From a virus, in IMG/VR virus record IMGVR_UViG_3300044904_000056, positions 1 to 64,000 of that record: DNA of 64,000 bases; one strand, written 5' to 3'. The stretch's first letter is position 1, and the number at the start of each line of letters is the position of its first letter. The translations under genes were made by a program, and so were the position numbers. Positions 37,998 through 47,308 of the stretch are shown here, piece after piece. The notes below the pieces were generated by a model. That model was not told the DNA's origin. It was given only the letters and a program-made list of their open reading frames with translations, and did no database searches.

Positions 37998-40664
37998 TCA
38001 TGTAAACTGGCTAGGGATTACAAATTGTCCCTTTTCGGAACCATGCTCTAGCTCCGTCATTGTTCCAAGATTAGGCCCTAAGAAACAATCAGTATCCAGC
38101 GGCACTTCGCAATACCATCCTGTCTTTTCCTCAATCCACTTCCGGTCGGTCATAAAGAGATGGTGCTGGTAAATTACGTCTTGGGCTTCCTTGTGATAGA
38201 TATCTATGTAGCCCGCATCGTGGACCGTGATAATGTATTTCGACTTCATCCTGTACTTGCGAAGCCAGTCCGCCATCCGCCATCCTGCGCACCACGTCAC
38301 ATCTGAAGCATCCCCTTGTATCGGTGCGTTGATTCCCTGCCGAACTGCTTCCGCCCTCTGGGCTTCGTTCTCACTATCAACTTCAGGAAGCCTTCTTGGC
38401 CTAAAGAAATGGGAGAAGACAATCTTGTGTTTCTTGATGTAGTTCTCACGCTCTAGACGGTAGGCTAGACAATCGTCATACTTGCCAAAATACCTATTGA
38501 TGAATTTCTCTGCCCAACGCTTTGATTTCTGAAAGTCTGCCGCAAGGGCTTCTGGCCCCCGTCCGTAAAGCACCCCAAAGGATACCATCGACTTAGAATC
38601 AGTCCGCTTCTGCTTCTGCTCCTCTTTCGGGAGAGCGTTCCACTGTTCCTCTGTAAGCTCAAATCCCGCCATCGCTCCCATCTTGTGCGGGTCCTTACCA
38701 GACAGAAACTCCTCCAACATCACATCGTCTTTTGCCCGGTCACAGAACAAGCGCATTTCGATTTGCCTGGAATCCTGTTCCATGATGAAGTACCCATCAC
38801 CATGGGAACAGAACTGAGTTCGCAACTCCATCGCCAGCTTGTTGCGCTTGGGAAAGTTTTCGTGATTCGGGTCCTCACTCGACACCCGGCCTGTTACCTG
38901 ACCGTCCACCCGGTAGGTCGTATGCGTCTTCCCATCTGTACCTCGCCATCGGGGCAGAGGGTCTATGTACTTAGATTTCGCTGAGACTAGCTCGCTGCGG
39001 TCAATGATAATCGTCAGAGGCCTACTCTTCCGCTTTTTGTTGAGGCGTTCTAGGACTTCCCGTTCAACTGATTCCTGTTTCCCTGAAGGAGTCTTCCAAA
39101 GAGGCTCATAGTCTAGGATATCAAAGACCAACTTGCGTTTCTCATCTGGGGAGTTCAGGTTGATGAGTTCACGGTTGGACTCGAACAGCTCAAAGACTTT
39201 CTTCTTAGGATTTGGGATTGGCCTCTTGTAGCTATTGACCCGCTCGATGAGTTCCTTGAGGAGTTCCTTGTCCTTCCATTTCTGAAGAGCCTTGATTTCA
39301 GACAGGTTGACTAGCTTTTCGTCGTGCTCTGCAATTCTCCTCTCATAGACCTTCTCTAGCTCCTTGTTACGCTCCTTGTCAATCCTGACCCCGTTGATCT
39401 CCTGTGTAGCGGCAGTCCAATTGTGATACATAATCGGAAACTTGAAAGGACGTTCCCAGAGATGTTGCCTCTTCAGCTTTTTCCGGAGATGGAAGAACAG
39501 CCTCCGGGTTGCGATGCAGTCCTTAATGTTGTAGTCATACAGGATATCAGCCGGGACAAGGTTCAGATTCCCACCACTCTCGGGATTTGCCTCAGGATGC
39601 TCAATGCAATACTGCTGCTTAGGCCGGTCATAGTCCATCATCCCTATGAATGCAGCCAGCTCTTTCAGGCCCTTCCCACCCCTTCGTTCGTTCAGGCAGT
39701 AGGCCATCAGCTCTGTATCAGCGTAATAGCCGTGACCTTTCCTTCCGCCTAGCCAGATGTCGTGCAGCACAGCGGTGTAGACAAAATCGTATTTGCCGTA
39801 ATGGAGCAACCACTTCAGGTCTTCGTCTTCCCAAAGCTCTCGGGTAGCCTCTAGGCATTCCTCAGGATGGACCTTGATACCGTCTATCTGAACGCGGCTA
39901 TAGACCGGCAGGACGGCTCCTACGTTGTCCCCCCAGGAGTAGCCTATGCAGCCGATTTGAGGCTTGCGAAACCGGGCGAACGGTGAGAGTGTACTGCCTT
40001 CAATATCGGTTGAAGGATACTCGGCTTTCTTGACGATGTCTACAACTTCCTGGAGAGTCCGCTTGTCCTTGACTACAATCTGTTCAAATTTCTCCCTGCT
40101 GATAGCGTGTTTCGGCGGATAGGCAATCCGCTTCGCTGTCTTCAGCACCTCTAGGAACTGCTTGTAGTTAGCCTCTGTTTTGTTGCGCAGGTACCACGCT
40201 GGGTGGAAGGATATGACATACTGCCAAGGCCCTCCGTTCACGACGTTCCCGTGAAGCTTTAGGACTCCAGTTTTGTTGAGAACACTGCGGAGAGGAGAGG
40301 CTCCAAGGAGGATGACTACTTTCGGACGGAGCGAATGTATTTCACGAAGCAGATGGGGCCGACAGTGATTAATAGCGTAGGCTGGTAGTTTGTTCCCTGG
40401 CGGACGGCACCTAGCCGCATTGGTGAAGCGGCATTTCTTCGGGTCAATCCCAACTTCCTCGATAGCTTCCCGGAGAACAAGGCCTGCTTCTCCACACCAA
40501 GGGTAGCCATTCTCATCCTCGTGCTCACCAGGCGCTTCCCCGACAAACAGGAATACCGGCTCCTCACTGCCCTCCCCATTCATCTGTGGGGATTTGCAGC
40601 CCTTATAGAGCTGGCAAGGCTTGCAAAATCTATCAGGTTGTCGGAGAACGTTGAGACTAAGCAT
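37998..40664 (-). CDS. polA: Family A DNA polymerase with N-terminal uracil-DNA glycosylase domain (SPO1-like architecture)
   Basis: GEAPG/CRPP/FHPA (family 4 UDG); DIE...YNIKD (3'-5' exo); TGRVSS, DSRQIEMR, K...FGVLYG, NAPIQG, TVHD. Confidence 0.92.
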   Translation of the reverse strand: MLSLNVLRQPDRFCKPCQLYKGCKSPQMNGEGSEEPVFLFVGEAPGEHEDENGYPWCGEAGLVLREAIEEVGIDPKKCRFTNAARCRPPGNKLPAYAINHCRPHLLREIHSLRPKVVILLGASPLRSVLNKTGVLKLHGNVVNGGPWQYVISFHPAWYLRNKTEANYKQFLEVLKTAKRIAYPPKHAISREKFEQIVVKDKRTLQEVVDIVKKAEYPSTDIEGSTLSPFARFRKPQIGCIGYSWGDNVGAVLPVYSRVQIDGIKVHPEECLEATRELWEDEDLKWLLHYGKYDFVYTAVLHDIWLGGRKGHGYYADTELMAYCLNERRGGKGLKELAAFIGMMDYDRPKQQYCIEHPEANPESGGNLNLVPADILYDYNIKDCIATRRLFFHLRKKLKRQHLWERPFKFPIMYHNWTAATQEINGVRIDKERNKELEKVYERRIAEHDEKLVNLSEIKALQKWKDKELLKELIERVNSYKRPIPNPKKKVFELFESNRELINLNSPDEKRKLVFDILDYEPLWKTPSGKQESVEREVLERLNKKRKSRPLTIIIDRSELVSAKSKYIDPLPRWRGTDGKTHTTYRVDGQVTGRVSSEDPNHENFPKRNKLAMELRTQFCSHGDGYFIMEQDSRQIEMRLFCDRAKDDVMLEEFLSGKDPHKMGAMAGFELTEEQWNALPKEEQKQKRTDSKSMVSFGVLYGRGPEALAADFQKSKRWAEKFINRYFGKYDDCLAYRLERENYIKKHKIVFSHFFRPRRLPEVDSENEAQRAEAVRQGINAPIQGDASDVTWCAGWRMADWLRKYRMKSKYIITVHDAGYIDIYHKEAQDVIYQHHLFMTDRKWIEEKTGWYCEVPLDTDCFLGPNLGTMTELEHGSEKGQFVIPSQFT

Positions 40665-40957
40665 TATTTTGACTTAGACTTTGTTCGCTTAACTTCCTGC
40701 AAGCCTAGATGGAACCCGATGCAGGTCAACAGCTTGAAAAGTTCAACTTGAGCCTTCGCAGCCTCTTTCTCGTTCTCAGAACCTGCTTCTGTTATTAGAA
40801 AGTCCGTAGCCATCATACCAATCTTCGGGTTGAGGCCGACTTTCCTGAAAACAGAATCCCAGTCCTTTGGCCACCGCTTGTCCTTCCTTGCTGCCTTCAG
40901 CAGGACATCGCAGCGATTCCAGAATTGTTTCTGCTTGTACTCTTCAAAACGGCTCAT
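40664..40957 (-). CDS. Hypothetical protein
   Basis: Coupled ORF. Confidence 0.55.
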   Translation of the reverse strand: MSRFEEYKQKQFWNRCDVLLKAARKDKRWPKDWDSVFRKVGLNPKIGMMATDFLITEAGSENEKEAAKAQVELFKLLTCIGFHLGLQEVKRTKSKSK

Positions 40958-41343
40958 TGCGCTTTCTCCTTCAACTCCTTGATACGGTCCATCGCGTCTT
41001 CTAGCTCAACTACGGTTGTATAGCAGAGCATAAGACAGACAACCTCCTTTTCCGCAGCAGCCAAACCATTCTGGACACTAAATATCTCTAGCTGCTGTGC
41101 CCAGCGATATTTGGGAAGAGGGAGAACTCCATCCCGGATAGACTCGATAAGCTTCTGAAGATAGTGCATTGCTTTATCGAGGTCCTGTAGTCCGTTTTTC
41201 TTACGCCAACGCGTCACATATTTCGTGACCTGCCCCTCGAAATATCCTAGATGGTTATGGGCTGCTAAGTCCCAGTGCTGAAATTTCGCCTGGTAGTGCT
41301 CTCCGCCCACCTGGTAGTCATTCGCCTTCTTGTCAGATTCCAA
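40954..41343 (-). CDS. DUF3310 (SaV / T7 gp1.7-like nucleotide kinase) protein
   Basis: QVGGEHY...YFEGQVTKYVTRWRKKNGLQDLDKAMHYL; likely TTG start at 41343 after AGGAGG. Confidence 0.8.
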   Translation of the reverse strand: MESDKKANDYQVGGEHYQAKFQHWDLAAHNHLGYFEGQVTKYVTRWRKKNGLQDLDKAMHYLQKLIESIRDGVLPLPKYRWAQQLEIFSVQNGLAAAEKEVVCLMLCYTTVVELEDAMDRIKELKEKAQ

Positions 41344-41707
41344 TTTGTGCCTCCTTGGGAATGTCCTCCAAACGCGCCAGACCAACATCCCAGTGGTCCG
41401 CGTGATTCTCTTTAGCCAGACGTTCTGCTTCATTCCGAGCAGGCGTATGACTGGTAGCCTTGATAAATTTCGTATCCCAATCCCTGCGACCGTTGAAGTA
41501 GAGCTTGACTTCATACCAGTCTTCCTGAACAACAATCGGCAGGATAATCCGGTGCTCTGCCGGCTTCGTCATCACCTTCGGAAAGAAGTACCTCTTGCGA
41601 AACTCGTGAGGCTTAGGATGGAATCGCGTTGTCCGCTTCTCTGGGGCTTTCCTGGCCCGGACCTTCTTTGTCTTCCGTGTTGGTCCTGCCTTTTTCTTTT
41701 GCGTCAT
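41333..41707 (-). CDS. Hypothetical basic protein
   Basis: ORF overlapping the end of the thymidylate synthase homolog. Confidence 0.5.
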   Translation of the reverse strand: MTQKKKAGPTRKTKKVRARKAPEKRTTRFHPKPHEFRKRYFFPKVMTKPAEHRIILPIVVQEDWYEVKLYFNGRRDWDTKFIKATSHTPARNEAERLAKENHADHWDVGLARLEDIPKEAQIGI

Positions 41708-42800
41708 CGAGTAGCCTCACACAGGTGGAGTAGACTTCTTTCGATATTCCATACGTGCACTGCTCGTAATAGTTCAAAGCCAATTCCATAAACGGGGAGG
41801 GAAGGTGCAGAATTTCACTAGCGACCCACTCCGCCCTATACTGCCAACCTGGCTCTTTCACCCAGCGGAAAATAGTAAGCATTTGGGGAATGGTTTTTAT
41901 CCAGTACCCATCTGGAGGGGGAGGCCATGTCGGATTTGGAAGCTCTCTTGGTTTGTCCGTCTTGAAAGCCCTAATCTTCTCTACTTTGAGGAGGACGTGT
42001 TGAAACTCTTCGTCAGTAACTGTAGAGAATCCTGGTACGCATTCGGCCTTAACACTTGCTTGATTCATCACCTCTGATTCATCAAAGGCTCTTTCGAGGA
42101 TATTCCCTAGAGTCGGCTTGTAGAGTTCTTCATAATAGTGGAGATTTTGAATAATGTACGTCAGCTTCCCTATCTTCGCCCCCAGACAACCCGCTATATA
42201 GGCATGAATATGGGAGAACTGAACCGCGTTGTACGGCGCTCCCCAAATGAGGTCGCAACTCCGCTGCACTACAGTCTGGTCTAGAATCCCGTTTCTCAGC
42301 CGTAGATATATGACATTGTTGCACGGGTAGTCATTTGACTTCAGAAGATTGTCCCGCTCCGGGTCCCAAAGGCTGATAACTGCTTGTCTTGATAGAGGCT
42401 CCCGCTTTAGCTTGTCGATGGCAATGCTAATTTGGTCTACAGTTAGATATCCTCCAATTGCTGAAGGCCAGCGTCTCATCCGCAGCCCGTAGGCCCCATT
42501 GAAATCCTGCTGATTACCATCCGCAAACTTCCTCATGTTCTTGTTAAAGTAACATATCCACTCGACATTCCCGCTGCCTGAGAGAATCCAGATTACTTCA
42601 GCAAGGGCGAAGAATGGATTGAAGTTGCGTCCAGGAATCACCATCCAGCAATATCCTGGCAGCTCATAGTTCAAACAGACAGGTTCTTCTAGCTCTAAGC
42701 AAGGACCATGGCGGGTGGGAATCTCCTTCCCATGATTTGCTATTTCGCGGACCAGAGCGAAGTAGAAGTCGCCAAGACCACGGCCTGAATAAGTTTTCAC
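41613..42800 (-). CDS. Thymidylate synthase homolog, probable dUMP hydroxymethylase
   Basis: GAYGLR, SRQAVISLWDP, DYPC, QRSCDLIWGAPYN (Asn indicates a uracil substrate), NLHYY; beside 5-hmdU kinase genes. Confidence 0.85.
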   Translation of the reverse strand: MKTYSGRGLGDFYFALVREIANHGKEIPTRHGPCLELEEPVCLNYELPGYCWMVIPGRNFNPFFALAEVIWILSGSGNVEWICYFNKNMRKFADGNQQDFNGAYGLRMRRWPSAIGGYLTVDQISIAIDKLKREPLSRQAVISLWDPERDNLLKSNDYPCNNVIYLRLRNGILDQTVVQRSCDLIWGAPYNAVQFSHIHAYIAGCLGAKIGKLTYIIQNLHYYEELYKPTLGNILERAFDESEVMNQASVKAECVPGFSTVTDEEFQHVLLKVEKIRAFKTDKPRELPNPTWPPPPDGYWIKTIPQMLTIFRWVKEPGWQYRAEWVASEILHLPSPFMELALNYYEQCTYGISKEVYSTCVRLLDDAKEKGRTNTEDKEGPGQESPREADNAIPS

Positions 42801-42816
42801 AATCGTTCCTCCTCAC

Positions 42817-43686
42817 CTAGATAGAACGCTCCCCTCTAGGAAAACGTAAGTTGCCTTGGAACCCGTTGTAGAGAGAGCGAGGCCTGCCTTCTCCCAGACG
42901 TACCCGCTCATACTTGTCCCACTCACAAAGTGCATTCTGCAAATCCTGCGCATGTATGTCCGGCATTCCTGCTTGAAAAATTTTCGGGCTGATTTTGTCG
43001 TAGAGTTCGTCTAGGCATTCCTTCCAATCCGCTTCCTTCCACTTAGCCCTCTTATCCCGCCCTATTACACGATTCAACCCTCGTTTGCTCCCAGGGCCAG
43101 AGATAGCCCAAGTTGACCAATCCTTTGCGTGCCGAAGCGTAGCATACTTCACATCAGCAATGACCTGCCCTGTCATAAAGCTTCCCATATCTTTCTGGTC
43201 GTGCAGCCTGTCGTAGAATTCCGCAAGCGTATCGCCATCTCTCGGGCGGATTTCTTTTCTTGCTCCCCACATCGGTGTCAGGACTTGCTTGGCTAGGTAT
43301 CGGGCTTTCGATTGATGATCTGGACCTGCGTGAATCATATATGCTCCGGTGAAGACTTTCTCGCCGTCTTTCTTTCGCTGCTCCAATACTCTGATGAACT
43401 CGTCTGGGTGCCAAGGAACAGGATAACCTAGCTCATCTAGGGTCTCCGGCCAATTGACAAAACGTGAAACCGTCATAGCGAACCAGAGGTCCTTATCTTC
43501 CGCGTGAGGCTCCCGCCAATGCTCCCGTACCCAAATCGTGACCGTGTCTAATTCCCGGAACACGTTGCAGAACCGATAGCGCTGAAGTATTGGGTCCCGT
43601 GTCCATGGTCGAGGCTTGCCAGCTTGCTTCCGCTTGTAGATTGCGTGGCGTTCAAGGATGAAGCGAAGGAGAGGATTGATGTTCAT
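42817..43686 (-). CDS. 5-hmdU DNA kinase helical domain (aGPT-Pplase1 family)
   Basis: ERHAIY...PWTRDPILQRYRFCNVFRELD, FTGAY, GPGSKRGL, QNALCEWDKY. Confidence 0.85.
   Translation of the reverse strand: MNINPLLRFILERHAIYKRKQAGKPRPWTRDPILQRYRFCNVFRELDTVTIWVREHWREPHAEDKDLWFAMTVSRFVNWPETLDELGYPVPWHPDEFIRVLEQRKKDGEKVFTGAYMIHAGPDHQSKARYLAKQVLTPMWGARKEIRPRDGDTLAEFYDRLHDQKDMGSFMTGQVIADVKYATLRHAKDWSTWAISGPGSKRGLNRVIGRDKRAKWKEADWKECLDELYDKISPKIFQAGMPDIHAQDLQNALCEWDKYERVRLGEGRPRSLYNGFQGNLRFPRGERSI
42821..42829 (-). promoter_or_regulatory. GCGTTCTAT upstream motif copy 4
   Basis: GCGTTCTATCTAGGTGAGGAGGAACGATTGTG. Confidence 0.7.
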
Positions 43687-44039
43687 CAGTTGCCTCTCCT
43701 TTGATTTTGATACAGACGTAGCCGTTCAGCCATATTCATCAGCTCGTTCGCCAGCTCTTCATCGCGGTAGGTGTAGTAACACTGAGTGTTGGACTTCTCT
43801 GCCATAGCTTCAAGATTGCTGATGATTTCGTCCAGGTCAACTCGGGGGCCACGGTGCTTCTTGCCGGCTTTCTTCTTATCTCGGCAGGATTTGCAGCGTT
43901 TTGGCATTTGGAATTCGGGATTTGTTGCCTGAAGACTTTTGTAGAAGCTTATCTCGCTCTCGTACATCCCCCAGTCCTCGTGGCAGTCTACGCATTGCCC
44001 CATCGAAACAAATGCTCCTCGATCTTTATCATCCCCCAT
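43686..44039 (-). CDS. Zinc-ribbon protein
   Basis: CVDC...E..FY...PKRCKSCR. Confidence 0.65.
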   Translation of the reverse strand: MGDDKDRGAFVSMGQCVDCHEDWGMYESEISFYKSLQATNPEFQMPKRCKSCRDKKKAGKKHRGPRVDLDEIISNLEAMAEKSNTQCYYTYRDEELANELMNMAERLRLYQNQRRGN

Positions 44040-44346
44040 TTTCTCTTCCTTTCCGCTTTCTCCACTCTACCCAACGTCTCTTCGTAGCTTTACCAATTTT
44101 TAGAAGAGCCTGCTTAGTATGCTTGTATCCTTTGCTATTTTGATTCCCAAATCCGAAATGTTTGCCCGCAGCATTTTTATTCCCTAATTTGGAGAGGCTC
44201 ATCTTTTTACGGCTCATAGGAGAAAGTTTTCGCCCTAAACAGTATTGATTTCCTGTATGAAGTTTGATTAGTCTGCGGCGGTGTTCTGCAGACAATTTCT
44301 TTCCCTTCCTGTTATGATTCCCCGCCCCAATCTTATTACCCATCAA
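44029..44346 (-). CDS. NUMOD3-repeat protein without a nuclease domain (homing endonuclease remnant)
   Basis: GKKLSAEHRR, GRKLSPMSRKKMS, GYKHTKQALLKI. Confidence 0.6.
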   Translation of the reverse strand: MMGNKIGAGNHNRKGKKLSAEHRRRLIKLHTGNQYCLGRKLSPMSRKKMSLSKLGNKNAAGKHFGFGNQNSKGYKHTKQALLKIGKATKRRWVEWRKRKGRENGG

Positions 44347-44399
44347 TCTTATTACCCATCATCCTTCTTCTCATCTTCTTTCGAGTAGTCGCAGACATT

Positions 44400-45023
44400 T
44401 TAATACCCAAGGAACCATCCCCACAACCAAGCTAGAATAGTTTGTAATCCATCCTGATAAGGGATAACTCTGACATCTGCCCCTACTTCTCTGAGTCTCT
44501 TCTCACTACCTAATACGGCCTTGTATTTTGGATAGAGGGATTTGTCCGGGTCAACTGGCCGAGGGTCCTTCCGCTGAATCCTGCGCTTTACCATCCGCTG
44601 AAGGCACTTCTCTAAGGGGGTATCCATAAAGCCAAATATCCAATGCGTATGCGGTAGGCTTCTTGCCAGGTCAATCCAACGCTGGGTCAGGGTAGCAGCC
44701 AGCGCTCCCTCGAAAACAACATTCCCCCGCCTGGAAAGGTCTGTGATTGCCTTGGAAGCGTAATCGGCACGGGTGCTGCCCCTGTAATAGCTTTCGTCAA
44801 TCGCGTCATAGCCGCCCGTTGTTATCCGGTAAGGCCCAAGCAGGGCTGTCTTCGTAGGCCCTGTATCGAGGACGTAGGCGAGCACCTTTCCATTCCCAGG
44901 GTTAATCAGAGGCGTATTGGAAAAGCTCTCTAGAAGGGATTTTGCTAGGGTTGTCTTGCCACTGGCATTCGTGCCCCTGATGTTGATGACGATATGCTTC
45001 AGCCGAGGAAATCGTTCCGTCAT
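44400..45023 (-). CDS. P-loop kinase, probable 5-hmdU DNA kinase partner
   Basis: INIRGTNASGKTT, LGPY...GGYDA, VVFEG, DTPLEKCLQR..RR. Confidence 0.75.
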   Translation of the reverse strand: MTERFPRLKHIVINIRGTNASGKTTLAKSLLESFSNTPLINPGNGKVLAYVLDTGPTKTALLGPYRITTGGYDAIDESYYRGSTRADYASKAITDLSRRGNVVFEGALAATLTQRWIDLARSLPHTHWIFGFMDTPLEKCLQRMVKRRIQRKDPRPVDPDKSLYPKYKAVLGSEKRLREVGADVRVIPYQDGLQTILAWLWGWFLGY

Positions 45024-45463
45024 TTCCCTTTCTCCAGCTTCGACAGATTCAAAACACCCGACTCGATAACCCGCATTGCCTTCATATAGTCGTCACCCTT
45101 GAGAAAGGGCAGGTCCGGTATGCGGATAACGGGAGGCTCCGCATACGCACCAAGAGGCGAGAACTTCCGCCGATGAGCTGGAAACTTTTTCAACAGCTGC
45201 TTGTAATGTACTGGGCTCATATAGATGATGCGGTCAGCCCATTCGACCATCTTCTGAGTCACAGGCTTTGACCTTTCGTCCTCCTCTAGATAGTACGCCT
45301 GGTTGAGGCTATAGAGAGCCTCCCGGACTTTCTTCGCAATGGTTCCCTGGTAGGGGCCTTTTTGCAGCCCTGCCGATTCAACGTTCATCCCGAGGTATCG
45401 CCCGATAGCCGCTGCGACCTGAGATCGGGAACGGTTGTTGGTGCAGATAAAGAGGATACGCAC
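45020..45463 (-). CDS. Low-molecular-weight phosphatase (LMW-PTP/ArsC fold)
   Basis: ILFICTNNRSRSQ (CX5R), SAG, WADRIIYM, IPD. Confidence 0.85.
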   Translation of the reverse strand: MRILFICTNNRSRSQVAAAIGRYLGMNVESAGLQKGPYQGTIAKKVREALYSLNQAYYLEEDERSKPVTQKMVEWADRIIYMSPVHYKQLLKKFPAHRRKFSPLGAYAEPPVIRIPDLPFLKGDDYMKAMRVIESGVLNLSKLEKGK

Positions 45464-45610
45464 TGTGCTTTCGACTCCCTTCTAGGCCCGACTGGTTTTA
45501 GGCCAGCCTATTGTTGGTAGCGGACCCAACTAGCCAGTGGCAGGGTGCTAGCAGAGTTCGTTTACGTGGGGATATAGCTAAACTGGTGTAAAGGCTAGTT
45601 TTGAGCCCTG

Positions 45611-46222
45611 CTAGGGGCCTATCCGGGGGAAGCGTAGGGGGCCAGTCCTCCTGGCCCTGACTATTAGCTCAACAGTAGCCTTCAGCTTCTCCGCTGGGTG
45701 AAAGTAGAAGAACTTAGCTTGGGCCGAGAAGATAGGTATATGCCGCCACTTCCTAGCCGGAGGCTTCGCATAGCTCACGACCTCCATCCCCGCTAGCATC
45801 TCGTTCACACGTTCCCGGTGTTTTTGGACAAGGGCGTAGGGCTGTTCTAGGTAGAACCAGCAGCCCGGATATTGCAGCCACTGTCGGATATTCCAATGGT
45901 CCTGGGTATGCTCCGTCTGCTGAAGGGGAGCCACCCCTAGAGGCAGAATCACCGTAGAGTCCGGAGGGGGCCAAGTGTGGACTGGCTTGAGCATCTCTTT
46001 CCAATCGCAATCTCCTCCAATATAGTTGTATCCTTGCCAGTAAGCACCTACAGCATCGGCGTAAGTCTCCGCATCCCGCAGGGAGTTCTTCTTCACAGGG
46101 ACCATAGTCAGAATGGTAACCTGCTTGCCTTCCTGAATCCACTGCTCGATATGAGCCCCTAGCGAAAGGAAGGCATCATCACTGTGAGGCTCTACGATAA
46201 CCAGGCGGTCATTTATGGGCAC
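45611..46222 (-). CDS. PIG-L/LmbE-family N-deacetylase
   Basis: VIVEPHSDDAFLSLG, HTQDH, YLEQPY; likely GTG start at 46222. Confidence 0.75.
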   Translation of the reverse strand: MPINDRLVIVEPHSDDAFLSLGAHIEQWIQEGKQVTILTMVPVKKNSLRDAETYADAVGAYWQGYNYIGGDCDWKEMLKPVHTWPPPDSTVILPLGVAPLQQTEHTQDHWNIRQWLQYPGCWFYLEQPYALVQKHRERVNEMLAGMEVVSYAKPPARKWRHIPIFSAQAKFFYFHPAEKLKATVELIVRARRTGPLRFPRIGP

Positions 46223-46814
46223 GTTTCGGCCTCCGGAAGACGCTGAGATGCCGCCCATACCAGTTGGAAGTAATTCTTTCGTCAGCTAATATCGCTTCGC
46301 ACAACTCCTTGGTGACCTTCTTTTCAAAGGTGAATCCGGCAAGCACAAATAGTTGCCGCCAATAGCCTTTAGGCTTGCAGTTCACGTGGTACCGGCCCCA
46401 TTCAGAAGAGTCGATGGACAGGAGCACCCATTTTGAGGAGAGCCGTTTCACCGTATCCACTAAGACTTTCTCAGAGGACTCCGGGATGTGCTCGAATACA
46501 TCCCACGAGGTTACCAGGTCAAATTTTTTGTCCAAATGGAAGGACTTTGATAGGTCGTGGGCTATGTATTTCGCTCCTTCCGCGAATCTGCTGTTGAACT
46601 CAGAACCATCCACCCCATAAGCCCTTACTCCTAGCTCTGACAGCCGATTCACAAACGACATCGTACCACAACCCAGGTCAATGCAACGCTTGGGGTGAAA
46701 TCTGTTGAAGATGAGCTCTGCTAGATATTTCGAGGACACGTGGGGTCCTTTTGTGGACCTGGTGCGATTTTTGAACCACTTCAGTGGATAGAGTTCACTT
46801 AGCTTTTCTTCCAT
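46209..46814 (-). CDS. Class I SAM-dependent methyltransferase
   Basis: IDLGCG, GVDGS, FDLVTSWDVFEHI, HVNCKPKGYW. Confidence 0.85.
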   Translation of the reverse strand: MEEKLSELYPLKWFKNRTRSTKGPHVSSKYLAELIFNRFHPKRCIDLGCGTMSFVNRLSELGVRAYGVDGSEFNSRFAEGAKYIAHDLSKSFHLDKKFDLVTSWDVFEHIPESSEKVLVDTVKRLSSKWVLLSIDSSEWGRYHVNCKPKGYWRQLFVLAGFTFEKKVTKELCEAILADERITSNWYGRHLSVFRRPKRAHK

Positions 46815-47308
46815 AGTCGTGGGAACCTCATCGGGAAATTAGGTCTTGCAAATTCTCCGAAAAATTCTTTGGCAGCAGTATCATAAGCCTTCGCTGCGGC
46901 TATCGGATTGTCGAAGGAACCTAGATGAATAACTTTCCAATATACACAAATCTGCGCATACCATTTCCTAGCACCTTTGTGCCAAGAGACACCTTTGAAT
47001 CCTGATTTGTTATTTGAATGCTTTCCTTGGTTAGCCAGATTCTGCGAGTTAGAAGCATCTCTCAAATTATCTTTTTGACAATCTAGCCCATTTCCATTCT
47101 TATGGTCTATCCCTTTGCGCCCTAATATAAAATTGTGTAGAAGAAAATTAGGAACTCCCATTTGTCCGTGAGCTGCGTACGACTTACCCTTAGAGCCAGA
47201 TGTATAGTGCCATATGCCCTCAGCTGTTACACGTTCATAATCTTCGTCATCAACAAGTGCATAGGCTCTTATCTTTCCTTTTCGATTGCGAAGCGGAATT
47301 TTCTTCAT
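46799..47308 (-). CDS. HNH-AP2 homing endonuclease
   Basis: ALVDDED, IDHKNGNGLDCQKDNLR, SGFKGVSW...AAKAYD...GEFARPNF. Confidence 0.9.
   Translation of the reverse strand: MKKIPLRNRKGKIRAYALVDDEDYERVTAEGIWHYTSGSKGKSYAAHGQMGVPNFLLHNFILGRKGIDHKNGNGLDCQKDNLRDASNSQNLANQGKHSNNKSGFKGVSWHKGARKWYAQICVYWKVIHLGSFDNPIAAAKAYDTAAKEFFGEFARPNFPMRFPRLWKKS

Noticed and set aside
41613-42800. dCMP hydroxymethylase (T4-like glucosyl-hmC pathway)
   Set aside because: The specificity residue is Asn (GAPYN), not Asp, and the neighbours are 5-hmdU kinase families.
45020-45463. Arsenic-resistance arsC or YwlE-type arginine phosphatase acting on RFPR
   Set aside because: There is no ars operon and the P-loop (CTNNRSRS) does not match YwlE CTGNTCRS; the substrate is left unassigned.
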